Shown in pieces: positions 46,337 through 59,230 of a DNA stretch of 64,000 nt. Both the position numbers and the translations under genes were made by a program. The stretch's first letter is position 1, and each line of letters opens with the position of its first letter. A model generated the notes under the pieces. That model made no database searches, was not told the DNA's origin, and saw only the letters and a list, made by a program, of their open reading frames with translations. Source of the stretch: Raja brachyura (taxonomy: Eukaryota); assembly GCA_963514005.1 (NCBI GenBank), contig OY740821.1, forward strand, positions 13,950,001-14,014,000, in the 5' to 3' direction.

Positions 46337-46904
46337 TGGGTCTGGTAAATATCTATTCTTTGGCAAACTTAAGAATCAAAAACTGAATGGTGTTCACTTT
46401 TCCCCTCACATCTTAATGTCTTGAATGGGCTTACTCCAGGTTTGAGGCAGGCATTCAGATCTCCCAGCTACTAATTTGAAAGTCTCCAATTACTCGAGTG
46501 GTGGTTAGAATGCTAGATGTTGTCTGACTAAATTTGTTGGACTAAATTAGTCCAAACAAACCCCCGTCCTAAACATTAGGCAACAGGCAGCCACTGATGC
46601 ATAAGAATAGCCAGCAACTGGAATATCTTTATACATTTAGCCAACCAGCCTTTTCTGAAATTCCAGACCACTCTCTTCCAATCTTAATTTTTCAGTGTTG
46701 GTGTGCCTGGACACTTAATTGTGGGGTGAAAAAGACCATCGCCCCTTTTTTTAAAAAATCAGAGCAAATTGAGAGCCTTTTCCTGGTTAGCTCTTCTAGA
46801 ATACCAGTTGAAGTATTCCAGTAAAAACAGGGGACTCAGTAATTCAGGCATGAGATTTCCCCGTGGATTTTGAAATTTGGTTAAAAAAACCTGTTATAAA
46901 AGGC

Positions 46905-47110
46905 TTTCCTCGAGACAGTGAGCCGCTGCCCCGATGGTTGAGTGCGTGGAAATCCTTGGAATCGATTTTAGCGGAAAGCGTGTAAACGGGTGCGGGCCGA
47001 CCATCTTTGCATGCGCATCTCTACGGCTAGCGCTCAGCTCCGCACATGTAGTGTAGCGGTTTTCCTCTGTCCCCCAGGCCTACTGTACCGGGGTTGGGGC
47101 GGGGAGCAGA
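46905..47110. promoter_or_regulatory. Small CpG-rich promoter-like segment
   Basis: Local CpG cluster in AT-rich surroundings; NRF1-like gcatgcgca, YY1-like ccatctt, GC box ggggcgggg. Confidence 0.4.
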
Positions 47111-47199
47111 GTTATGTACACAAACACAACGCTCACAATGCATTCAAGAGTCTGTATGTCATGGACACTACAATGTTTTTTTATACCCAATTCAATCAG

Positions 47200-47585
47200 G
47201 TAAATTGTGTTATTGTAAGGTATAATTAAAAGAAAATACAGTATAAATTAAAGGTAAACAAGCAAGGAAATGGGGTCATTTCAAGGTATAATTATCAAAA
47301 AATTATCCAAAATTTCCTGTGTAAAGGATACTTCTTCCTAATTAGAGCAAGGAACAGGTATCATGTTACAAGTAGGTGTAATATAAAATATTTTCAATAT
47401 GACAAGTGTAAACAAGTTGGTGTCATTTTAAGGTATGATTATCACAAATTTTCTATGTAAACTAAGTGACAAGCAAGTAAAATGTGTTATTTTAAGGTAC
47501 AATTAAACAAAAAAAATTATAGTATAAATTAAGGGCAAACAGGCAAGAAAAGAGTGTCATTTCAAGGTACAATGATCAAAAATGT
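47200..47585. repeat. Degenerate AT-rich minisatellite
   Basis: At least five copies of a core like gt(c/t)att(t/c/g)aaggta(t/c)aatta; ~100-bp block at 47202 recurs near 47479. Confidence 0.7.
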
Positions 47586-50189
47586 GATCATTGAGACCCT
47601 CATCTCTCTTCCTCTGTTTTCAGTTTTTTTCCTGTCTCGTGCTTGGTAATTGTTAAAATATATTTGGGCAGGAGTGAACATTTTGGCAATGAAAATATTT
47701 TGATTGATATTCCTCTTTAAAGTCTGCAAGCATCTGTCCCTCCAGTGAATGATGGAACCACAGCACGTCCCTATAAAGACCACTTTACTGTAAATGAATT
47801 AAAACTGAAGTTGAAAGATTGAGTTAATGTCCTCAAGAATGGGAATAACAAGAAAATAACTGTCCTGATGAGTTCCTTAGCGTATTCCCATGGTTTAACC
47901 AACTGGTCAGGAACAACAACTTTACATGTGCCTTGTACTGTATATTCACATCTTACAGCTCACAAATATAACAAGTCTAAATGAAAATAAACATGAACAA
48001 ATTTCCACAGTGCAATGTTTTAATGTTAGGTTAGATACTTCACTTAAACCATGCTACAGGTTTTCAGCACTGAAAACGTATCTCACATTATCAAAATGTC
48101 ATAATATATACTTTAAAAAATGTGTCCTGTTTCACATTATGATCCCTGCAGCCTGAGCTCTATTGACATTCAGTAGTTATCACAAAAGCAAGGACGGAAG
48201 TATTCTAATTATGAAACACCCACACGCTTCAGTGCAATTGGCAGCTTTAGTTCTTAAATCGTCTGGATAATACATTAAATGAAATCAGGAAAAGATGAGC
48301 ATTCAGTCCGTCAATCAACTCACTTCATTCACCATTCATTAATTATTTTGTTAAGGACAACCTATGTGCCCATACACTCTTGAAGCACAAAATTGGACCT
48401 TCACTAAACATATTGAATCAGCTGTTGCTATCTCTCCCAACTTAAATTGCTATCAATGTAGCTCATTTTAAGAGTTAATTAAATCAATTACCTCCACCAA
48501 TTGAGGACATTTTGTGTCCATTTTTAACCAGTTGTAAAAAAAAGGGATTGAGGTTTAATGGTTAACAATTCTAAGCAGACTGGAAATTCTGTAACATGAA
48601 TACAACATCTCAGATTGTTTGTAAAAGTCATTGGTGTAATTATGCATCCATGAAACATCAATTGAAATTCAAAGTTCTTATTTAATGTTCAGAGGTGCAA
48701 TTGCCTTGTATTCCCACAAGGTGTTGCTACTATGCTTTCTAATTACAGACTGAAATTACCATGCTTCCAGGTGACAGATCTGCATGGCAGGAAGGGGTGG
48801 TATTGTGCTGTTTCTGAATGCTAAATAGTAAATTTGTATGCAAATGGAAAGTCAGAATTAAGATCTTCCCCAGCCACATTATATCAAAACTATCAAGCAT
48901 ATTTTTATTTTTTTTAAACTCAGTTTTAATTTCAGGAAAAAGACTTATTAATATCCATTATGTTTAGAAAAACAAAATCCCCGTCAGTTAAAATAATGGC
49001 ACTTTCGAACAGAGTACATCAACCAATCTCACTGAAATAAACTAGTTAATTATTGCAAAAATTGCACCATGGAATTTGATAACAGTCAAGAATGATCAAT
49101 GCAAGTGTAAGCACATTTAGACAAACAATTTTAAACTATTTAATAACCAAGGCCACTAATCTTAATATTTTTGTGTTTACACCCATCTAAGCTTTGTAAA
49201 AGAACAAAAAAAGGTGGGTGTGCTGGAGCTGAACTTACTAAATAACTTCCCCAGACAGAAGCTGGTCTTCAAACAATTTTGCAAGGGCAAGCTTCTTTCT
49301 GGTTTGGGTATGATACCATTTAATGGTTTCATTATAGTTCTTGCTTATTACTCCTCTGCCTTATGTTTCAAACAAAATGTAAAAGGACATTACTACACGT
49401 TGAAAAATAAATAAAATGCATTTGCAATTTGAATTATTATCTTCAATTATTACAGAGGATTCCTTCCAATAGGAATGTGGTTTGATGCTATTCTGAATAT
49501 CTTGAATGTATCAGTTATCAAACATGACAAACGTAAATTAAACTACTACTCTTATGGTTAAATGTTGCCAAATTATAGTATAATTGCATAATAGCACATT
49601 GTGATTCAGGCACTTATGTATATCACATTACGTGAATTTAAAAGGAAAGATGAATAATTGTGCATGTACATTTATTGTTTTGCTGTATGTATATATAATC
49701 TTAATAAAGTAACACAAATGCAGCCACAATTATCGACGTTTACTTCTGTGATACCACACTTACTCTTTTGTTTAAAATTGTTCAGTGGCACCAGTTCTCC
49801 TTCAATGGCAGTAGGTTCTGGGTCAAGCCTCACTCCAGGGACTAAAGCACATAAAACAAAAGCCAAATAGTGTGAATGTCAGAATTCTGAAATAAAACCA
49901 GAAAATCCCAGAAATATCCAGCGTCAGAGAGGAATGGTTATTCTGGTCTGTTTTATGGTAGGACATTTAACCCAAGACAGTAACTTCATTTATCTTTGTA
50001 TCATGACCAGTTAAGCAATTTCTGCAATTTGTGTTTGTGATACTTCAGTGCTGGACTTAAATGCAGCACACTGGGTAGTATTACTTCTCAGATTAACCAG
50101 AAATGTACATAATACTCCAAATGTGCCAATGCCACCATCTTGTACAACCGTTACATGACTTCCCAACCACTGCAGATACTGGTCTACAA

Positions 50190-50340
50190 AAATAGACACA
50201 AAGTGTTGGAGTAACTCAGCAGGTCAGGCAGTGTCTGTGGAGAACATGGATAGGTGACGTTTCGGGTCAGGTCCCTTCTTCAGACACTTCTCCAGTGATG
50301 CCACCTGACCCGCCAAGTTACTCCAGCACTTTGTATCTTT
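50190..50340 (-). mobile_element. Short Penelope-derived inverted repeat; hammerhead-like core on the minus strand at 50256-50283
   Basis: Minus strand reads CUGAAGA A GGGAC CU GACCC GAAA C GUC; inverted arms. Confidence 0.72.
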
Positions 50341-50982
50341 TCCTGCACTCAATACCCTTATCAATGAACGCAAGCATATAAAACATGTTTTTCATCACCC
50401 TGTCAGTTTCACCATTTTCAAGGAATGTACCTGCACTGGTAGATTTGTATTCGTACTTTTTTTCTCTTCATTTCAGCCTTTCAGTAATGTAGTAGAGCCA
50501 CAACAAAATTTCATGTTGTGTGATTTTTCTCTACTTTCCATTTTCTTAGAAGAGTATTAATCCAATACAGTTATCTCATAGGAGCTTGCTTAACATGTAA
50601 AATAATGTTTCATTGGCTTTCACGTTCTACCAGGCTTTGCAGCACGTGCTCAAGGTGGAGAATTAGCGCACAGCCATAAGGGTCATTGAAGCCTTGAAGA
50701 CAGACTGAGTTTGCTGCTCATTGGTAATGAAAAGCCGTCACATCCACATATCATATTTGGAAACCACAATATAAAAGCGAGGTCTAGCTGTTTAGGAATT
50801 GAGTATGTTACTACATGACAATAGTGACTGTGCCTAGGACTGAGGAAGAAAAGCCATGATCATATTGAATGATGAGGCAGACTTAAGGAGCTCAATGGCC
50901 TCCAACTCCTTCAATTTTCTTAAGTTCTTAAACGTTCTTACTGATTTGACCATTCCCCACTGCCCGACAAATTACAGTTGTA

Positions 50983-51555
50983 GAGTCCTAGTGAGACCAC
51001 ACCTGGAGGATTGTGTGCAGTTTAGGTCCCCTAATTTCAGGAAGGACATTCTTGCTACTGAGGGAGTGCAGCGTAGGTTTACAAGGTTAATTCCCGGGAT
51101 GGCGGGACTGTCATATGCTGAGAAAATTGAGCAGCTGGGCTTGTACACTCTGGAGTTTGGAAGGATGAGAGGATATCTCATTGAAACATATAAGATTGTT
51201 AAGGGCTTGGACACACTAGAGGCAGGAAACATGTTCCCGATGTTGGGGGCGTCCAGAACCAGGGGCCACAGTTTGAGAATAAGGAGTAGACCATTTAGAA
51301 CAGAGACGAGGAAACACTTTCTCACAGAGTGTGGTGAGTCTGTGGAATTCTCTGCCTCAGAGGGCGGTGGGGGCAGGTTCTCTGGATGCTTTCAAGAGAG
51401 AGCGAGATAGGGCTCTTAAAGATAGCGGAGTCAGGGGATATGGGGAGAAGGCAGGAACGGGGTACTGATTGGGGATGATCAGCCATGATCACATTGAATG
51501 GCGGTGCTGGCTCGAAGGGCCAAATGGCCTACTCCTGCACCAATTGTCTATTGTC
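50983..51555 (+). mobile_element. CR1-clade LINE 3' fragment
   Basis: RVLVRPHLEDCVQFRSPNFRKDILATEGVQRRFTRLIPGM...RTRGHSLRI. Confidence 0.92.
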
Positions 51556-53989
51556 ACATTAGTCTAATTCGCTTTTAATAGCTTTTAATCACTTTTGATT
51601 CAGCAGCAGATACAGCAACTTTCTACATTTCTAATTTTGAGATAATTTTTTGGGAATTAGTGCCAAATTCCAAAACCTGATCAAGATCCAAGTATCACTT
51701 GTCACAATAAATTATGCGTTCCTAGGTTTTAACCAGACCCATCTTGAGGGTTACTTCCCAGGCTGGTTAAGCAGATTTCATGGAGACAATTCATACCTCT
51801 ATTCTCACTGCCAGCACTTTTCTATATACCACCGATCACAATCACATTGCCAGACTTCAGATTTCCTGATTCTTCCCACACCTCAAAAGCATCTAACCTA
51901 GACTGTACCCCACAAAACAGGCAAATTGATTTAAGTGTATACACATTTTTAGGACATAATAACTTGGAATAGTTTGTATCCATTTTATCAATGGAACGTG
52001 CATTCATTGTGCCTCTGCAGAAGGATCTTCTACTGTTTGGGAAAAATGCCCAAAATATGTGCCCCTTAAGTAATAATATCAGAGGCCAAATATCTGTTTA
52101 AAGGACATTCCAAAAAGCGTGTTAAGTGTAAGTGGGGGAGGCATCACAAGTAACAAAAAGGTTTCGTAAAAAGCTTACATGGCGCCAGAGACGGTGAGGA
52201 TGGAATAAGATTTACTCAACCTTTCTGGAATATTTTATACTATTTTACTCAAGGATTGTTGACACTATCAGACAACAGGAGGAGCCCCAGAGAAATCTTG
52301 CCAAATTTGGCAAATTTTTCCCGCCTCAATTCTTAAATGTGGTGTTACACAGTCCAAATACCAGACAGGTATTTTGCACAGGTAAAACATAATTTTCCTT
52401 GGTTTACAATCAATAAATGGGTTAACAAAACTACAATAAACTAATTTCCAGAATGCTCCTTTAAGAAAACTGTACCTTTAAGAAACAAATAGTATGCCAT
52501 GGAGTGAAATCTTGACATTTTTATTTTCACAAGTTAACTTTTTTTGCTTTGAAAACTGAAAAATGTCAAAATATCAATTTTATTTTACCCTGAGGTGATG
52601 GATTCCGATCCAAAGTTTGATCAGTGGCAGAAATCATGTCTTGTAGGTTAAGATCAATTGGGGTTGAAGGTACTGTAAAATCTGAAATGTAACACATGTT
52701 GGCATTATGTAAATACTGATCAATATGCTTGTTTAGCTTACTTAAATTAAACTTGTGTTTAATAATTATACAATCTCCAAGGATACTGTATTAATAACCA
52801 AAATATTTTATTGAAGCCTTTGAATTTATAGGCAAAGAAGTTCCCCAAGCACTCTAATCTCCAGCAGAAGCTTTAGTGCAAGATTGGCAGCAACTCTGAG
52901 AAACAACGTAAATAGCTATTTCAATATTTTCTGCAGGAGTTGCAATAATCTTCTACTCAAATTACAAGGAGAGATTAAGAAAACACGCCAAAAATTCCAC
53001 TCCAGCGTGAGCTACATTAAAACATTTCAGAATTGATTACTACAAAGAGCGTGGCTGATTATACAGGTAAAATAACAAAAACACTAACATTTTATACAGT
53101 ATGATAATGCTCCTCCAAACATTTGGTAAAGCTTCAGTGAAAGATATGCTATCCTCTAGGAAAGGTAATCAGCACAGTAAGTCACCATAAACAACTATCA
53201 TTCTAACCAGTTATCACCCAGTTTTCTCGGACAGGGAGGGTCATGCAGCTCAGGAGAGTAAATTAGTTACTAATACATTAATTTGTGGCAGGGAGAATTA
53301 AAATTTACCCGTATCCTGGGAACTCAGCATTTTCTCAGAAGTATCACTGAAAGGTGAGGCTGGCACATCTTGGTCCCTGTTACCAACTGAAGAATTAAAT
53401 CAGTATTACATAAGATTGTCAGCTTTACACGAGTAATGTTAAGCAGTTTTTTCAAAATTACCTTCTTCCATCATTTCATAAACCCAGATGTCAAACCACT
53501 CAAGACCAGATCTTTCAATCTCGGGCACCAGATGCAAGGGTGATTCTGGTAGTAGAGATGCAAACCGCCGACTGTATGGAGAGTAATAGGTAGAAGTTGT
53601 TTGATGACTTGCTCTATGTTCCATTTCAAACACTGGAATATTAAACACATAAAACTATGGATCCCATCCAAAAATCTTCAATTTGTAACCTGTATTAATA
53701 TTTTTAATGTTTCTTAATGAGAAAATGGTGGATATGAATGATGAAAGGAATTGAAAATGGCGCTCATATTTCAAAAAGTTCTTGAGAGGTTACAGACAAG
53801 ATTACTGGGAGAATTTCAGGGGATGGGTGGCAAATTGGGTCAATAACTGATAAGGAGTGATAAAATAAAGAACAAATTATGGACAGTCCTCAAGTGAAAG
53901 GAAGGGCATTTGGTTTAGCCGGAACCATTTGGCTCCAGACCTCATTGCAGTCTTAGCCCAAACATGAAAAAGAGTAAAATGCAGAAGTG

Positions 53990-54830
53990 TGGGACAACCT
54001 ACTGGCCTTAAAAGCCAGCATTTGACTGGAAATAGCACCAAGAAGCCTTGATAGCGTTGAAGTCACAGTGAAAAAACAGTCCAATGGCTAGAGTCAATAA
54101 TATTATTCCACTTGCCGGAATTAACTCCGTTCCAATGACTCTCATGAATCTTGACACCATCCAGGACAAAGCAGACTGCTTGAGTGGCACCCTATCCATC
54201 ATCCTAATAATATACCTGGCACAAAAGAATATGATTGGGTTGTTGTTGAAGGAGAAGCACCAGGACATCACCACAGAATTTCCTCAGGGCAGTGTATGTT
54301 AGGCCCAGCCATATTTATACCATCAATAAACTCCTTTCCATCATAAGATCAGAAGTGGGGATGTTTCCTGATGATTGCACAGTTCTCAACTCCATGATGA
54401 TTCCTCAGATAATGAAGCAGTCGATATCCACATGCAGCAAGATCTAGACTACAATAAGGCATGTGCTGATGAGTGGAAAGTAACATTCGTGCCAAAAAAG
54501 TGCCAGCCAATTATCATCACCAACACAAGACAGTCAAACCATCCAACCTTAACATCAGCATTGCAACCATTGGGGCTGCAAAATCTACATCCTCAAGATC
54601 ACTGTCGATCAGGTACTTAACTGGAACAGTCACATAAATACTGTGCTTGCAAGAGCAGAGCAGAGGCTGGGTATCCTGCCCAAGTAACGTGCTTTCTAAC
54701 ACTCCAAATACACTCCACTTGCCGGAATGAACTCAGTTCCAATGACTCTCATGAATCTTGACACCATCCAGGACAAAGCAGACTGCTTGAGTGGCACCCC
54801 ATCCATCATCCTAAACATTCACTCCCTACG
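53990..54830 (+). mobile_element. Old decayed LINE RT fragment with an internal 101-bp duplication
   Basis: PQGSV, FPDDC (FADD-like), W-K-VTFVPKKCQ and LDTIQDKA remnants. Confidence 0.6.
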
Positions 54831-55629
54831 CTGCCAAAGCGTATCTGCCAAGAGCAGATGTTTTGGCAGATACGCTTATCTGCCAAAGCTACTGTGATGT
54901 TATGTTCTCATGACTAGTGGTTTAAAAAATAACTCACCAATCTGAGATGGGAATTGTAACCTTGGCTACATCCAGTAAATTGAATATAAAAATAAAGTGG
55001 TACATTTCTGCTTTCACTTCTGTTCACTCTATTTAATATTGTCCATTAAATGTGTTGTCCAAACTTTTATCAATCAGAATAACAAAGGCCAGGAGGTATC
55101 CAAATATTAACCAATTCTTGTCTTCATATTATTATTCGTTCTGCATCCTTCACACTTTCACAAAGTATATTCCAGATCATAACAAATTGTTGGATAAAAT
55201 ATATTCTCATTTCACCTCATGTTCTTTCACTAATAATCCTCAATTTGTGGCCAATTTATTTTAATCAAAATCCTTAATGATATTGAACATTGCTTTCAAC
55301 TTTATCCTTAACTTCCTCTAAAGAGAACACTCTGCTTTTCCAGTTGCTCCATTTAATCAGTTTTGCACTGAGTCAAATAAATTCTCTCAGAATGTTTTGA
55401 CATACTTACTAAAATCCAGTACCTAGGACCAATTATTTATAAAGGCTTAGCCGAACCTCCTGCAGTCTATGCTTATAGATAAAATCCAGGATTCCATATG
55501 CTGCCTTGAGCAGCTTTAACACTTTTACCTGTCACCTTCAAAGATCTGTGAACCCTTGGGGAAGTCTTACCACGCTCCTGGGCCTGGAGGGATTGAGTCA
55601 TAAGGCTGCATAAGTCATATGCTGGAGCT

Positions 55630-56230
55630 GTTTTCACTGAAGCATGGGGGGGGGGTTTGAGGGGTATCCAAACAGAAGTATATAACATCACAAGGTGGAT
55701 GGTCTTTTTCCCCAGTATAGGGGAATCTAATACTAGAGTTAGAGGGCATAGATTTAAGGAGAGAGGGAAATATGTAAAAGGGATCCAAAAAACAGGTACA
55801 ATTATAAAAGACATTTATACGCGTATGTGGACAAGAAAGGTTATGGAGTCACACAGGGCCGGATTAAGACCCACAGAGGCCCTAAGCACTTAAAAGATTT
55901 TGGTGCCCTCATATATATGTCATTCAAAATATAAACAATAATAAACCATAAAATAAATTTTTATTTTTCAAAATGAAACAAAACTAACAGTAAGATGGAA
56001 AATAATGTTTATTTTTGTATACTTCCACTTTATTTATATTTGAAAAGTTTTCTCCTACTTTCTGTGGTGCTCCCCTTCCCTTGATACCCTAAGCACGTGC
56101 TTATTTTGCTTATTGGTTGATCCAGCCCTGAGTCACATGCAGGTAAATGGGACTTACTTCGACACAACTTGTCCATGCTGACTAAGATGTCTAAGGCCCT
56201 GTTTCCCTGCTGTATAATTTTGATTCTATA
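55630..56230 (+). mobile_element. Old CR1 3' fragment interrupted by a hAT-type MITE
   Basis: GESNTRVRGHRFKERG; tail ggccctgtttccctgctgtata. Confidence 0.65.
55854..56130. mobile_element. hAT-type MITE, 277 bp
   Basis: TIRs cagggccggattaa / ttgatccagccctg (12/14 match); flanking duplication agtcaca (7 bp; gagtcaca, 8 bp, if the terminal G is shared). Confidence 0.8.
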
Positions 56231-57181
56231 ATTAAATGTTGTAACTGAATAGTACTGTACTCAAAGCTTAGCTCGATCCGCAAATCTGGTGTGCAGATCT
56301 TGAGTACTACAGCCAGAATGGCGTGCGATTTCCTGCATTCCATGCCCTCAGCTGATTTTGGACATCACGCAAAGTGAATTAATTAAGCTGAAGGCTGACT
56401 TTTGTGGCACTTACCGAATACTTGTCCACCCAATGTGTGTTTCTCCTGAACCACTTGACCTTTGACCTCATCAGCCTTGGTCCATAAATGGACAAAGCCA
56501 AGGTGAAGCACTGATGCATCACCTCTGGCTGAATATGGTTCCAAATGCTTCAACATGGTCATGAAATCTCACACTGGCATTATTAAGAAGCTTAATGATT
56601 AACTCTTTACAACATTCACAATTAGATGTTGTTGGACTCAATCAAACCCATTATTGTGCATTGCCTTGTTTTATCCACCCTCCTGAAACCCACACTTCTC
56701 CAGATTGATTTTTATTTGCCAGTTCTGTACCATCACAGCCAGTTCTTAGATATCTCACTGTAGCCTACAAATTTATTTTTGTCAACCCCACTGCTGGATT
56801 TTGGTAAACTTAACCAAACCATGTGTTTCAAAGCCATTAATGTATTTTAAGAAAAGGGGCCCACCCAGTACTGTACACAGCCCTCCATGCACTAAACTTT
56901 TACTAATTATTTCCCTTTATCTTCTCTCACGGAGCCAACTTCCCTTGGATCCATTTGCTTTAATATTCATGACTTAAGCATTATACACTTGTCAAACACC
57001 TTACCAAAATTCCTGAACTCTACATCAAGCCTGTTCCCGCCACACCACTCAACCAATCACAAGACACAGGAGAATAAACATACTCACTTGTAAACCTGTT
57101 TACAAAGCACCGAGGAGCAATTGGCCAGCTGGCCAACCCTCAACCTTTCAGGTTGTACATACGAATGGTCAATGGTTAATG

Positions 57182-58518
57182 TAGCGATGTTACAATACCT
57201 ACCTTCAGCGGTGCCGCAGTTCTGCCGTGTGTGCGCCTTTGGGGGGCGGGATTAAAATCCAGTTTTGTACCACTTATCGGAGATGGATTTCCTCGGGCTG
57301 CGAGTCGATGAAGAAAAATCGATCGGACTTCCGTTCCTGTTTAAAAAAATAAATAAATATCGCTGTACAGTTTAATAGTTTGATCAAAATAAAGGGAGAC
57401 TTCTAAAGTGACGGACCGCAAGAACGGGACAAAACAAAGGGTAAGTCGTTTATTTTACACATAATTTTGCTTCTTGGGACGGCTTTAATCTAATTTTACG
57501 CTGCGAAAATGTGATTTGGGCCCCATATGAATCTTTCCCTTTCAAATTCACCGCAAATGCAACGTTCCAATCCAGAAACATGCTCTCGCAAGATGGTTAA
57601 AATACTCTTTTTTTTTGGACAATCATGTCATAAGAACATCTAAATTGTCTATATTTTGTGTAATTGTATAATCAATATTTTTTTATACTAAATATACACA
57701 ACAGCTTTAGCCACATTTATTGAACAAAAAATAATAATTTTGATTATATTGAAAGTTAATGTTTCTAGATTAATTTATGGGAATTTAAACATTAAATTCC
57801 TTCCATCTGGCATATGTTCATGACAGTGAGATTTAAAAAGCATGCAAATTATTTTGTGAATGGGATTAGTTTGTTATTTGGATACTCAGGCTATTTAAAA
57901 CAATTATCCTTATCTTAAGAAATGGAATCTACAGGGCATTCTTAATGGGAAAGTAGTGGGCAGAAAGGCATGTCAAGCATGGTTTGAAGAGCAAAAACTT
58001 GTAGTTTACAATGCCAAATTTGAAAAGTTGAGGAAAAACAAGGTGTACAGAGTTGCGTATTGGTTACAATCTGAGGAGTATGATGATGCTACTGATTATG
58101 ATATGCCAATGTACCAGCTAGCAACTGATCTTCTCCATAAAGATTTGGTCTAGTGCTAGAAATTGTAATTTATTTACCTATCTGTTATGGACTTACAGCA
58201 TATAATACAATAATACTAAAGTTCTGATCTTGAGAATATCACATTTTTGAATTTTGAAGGCAGTCTGGGTGTGTATTACTATTTCCGTCACAATGGTCAA
58301 TTTTGTAATTAGCTACAATTATGTAACTAACTAATTATAGTGGAAAAGCAATAGGGAACAAGATGCTAATTTCAGAGTATGAAAATAGCCATAACTTTTT
58401 TAATACTGAAGATATGAAAGTGAATTAGGTGTCAAATTAAACTTCTTTTTATGCTTTATCTGATGGGATAAATTGCAGACTTGATTTTTAAAATCTCAAA
58501 ATTTTGTAACATTAGTTA
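57182..58518 (+). mobile_element. Non-autonomous DNA transposon (Academ-like, TAG..CTA-type ends), copy 1, with a coding remnant
   Basis: Ends tagcgatgttacaa ... ttgtaacattagtta; gttaatgt present at 57175-57182 and 58515-58522; colinear with the reverse complement of 59537-60580. Superfamily assignment is tentative. Confidence 0.65.
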
Positions 58519-58899
58519 ATGTTGGCCCATCCACATGGGACGTGCAGCCGTGCCTTCTGTTCAAAGACCATGACTACTTGAAACTCTGAGGGGAAGCCTG
58601 CACGCTGTTTCCCCAACACAAGCAAGCATCTTTAGACTGGAACACTAACACTCATGTTTAACCGTGTCCACAAAGTTTAGCCCTCTACTCGTTGACTCTC
58701 CTTATGCAGGGCTCCACAATCCCAATAGTTGACCAGACGCAAGCTTAATCGATACCTTTTGACACGATGATTTAATATCCCTCATTATTTCCACCAATTT
58801 GCACCCAACCGACCCGCAGTTACTCAACCGATTCCTCTTTAAAAAAAAACACTGGCACCACATCGGAAAATTTCAGCGCCTCTGGTCAAAATACGTATT

Positions 58900-59230
58900 C
58901 GACGCTGCACGGTTACTCCCTACCAGGATTGTAGGGGTCGAAAACAAATGTTCCTTGCGTACCTATTGTTACCACCGTTTATTTTCAAACGGAGCGAGTG
59001 CCTGTGTCGCGGGAGGGAACGCACACCATTGACGCCACGCTCGAGCGCCCGCCTGCTCCCGGGTGAAAGCTGATAGGCTGTTAACAATTGCGCGCGTTCG
59101 GCGCATGCTCCACCGCCCAAACAATGAAGCCGTTGCCGCGCGTTTGGGTCAAACCGCCAATAAGCGCGAGGCGGGCGGTTGGGGCCGACGACGACACGCC
59201 TCGCGTGACTTGCTTCCCCCCTCCTTTGCT
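58900..59230. promoter_or_regulatory. CpG-island-like promoter candidate
   Basis: Dense CpG; NRF1-like gcgcatgc, CCAAT (ccgccaataag), GC box gggcgg. Confidence 0.55.

Noticed and set aside
47200-47585. CRISPR-like array
   Set aside because: Eukaryotic context, degenerate repeats, irregular and mutually related spacers, no cas genes
52298-52313. 16-bp palindrome ttgccaaatttggcaa
   Set aside because: Short and isolated; no supporting context for function
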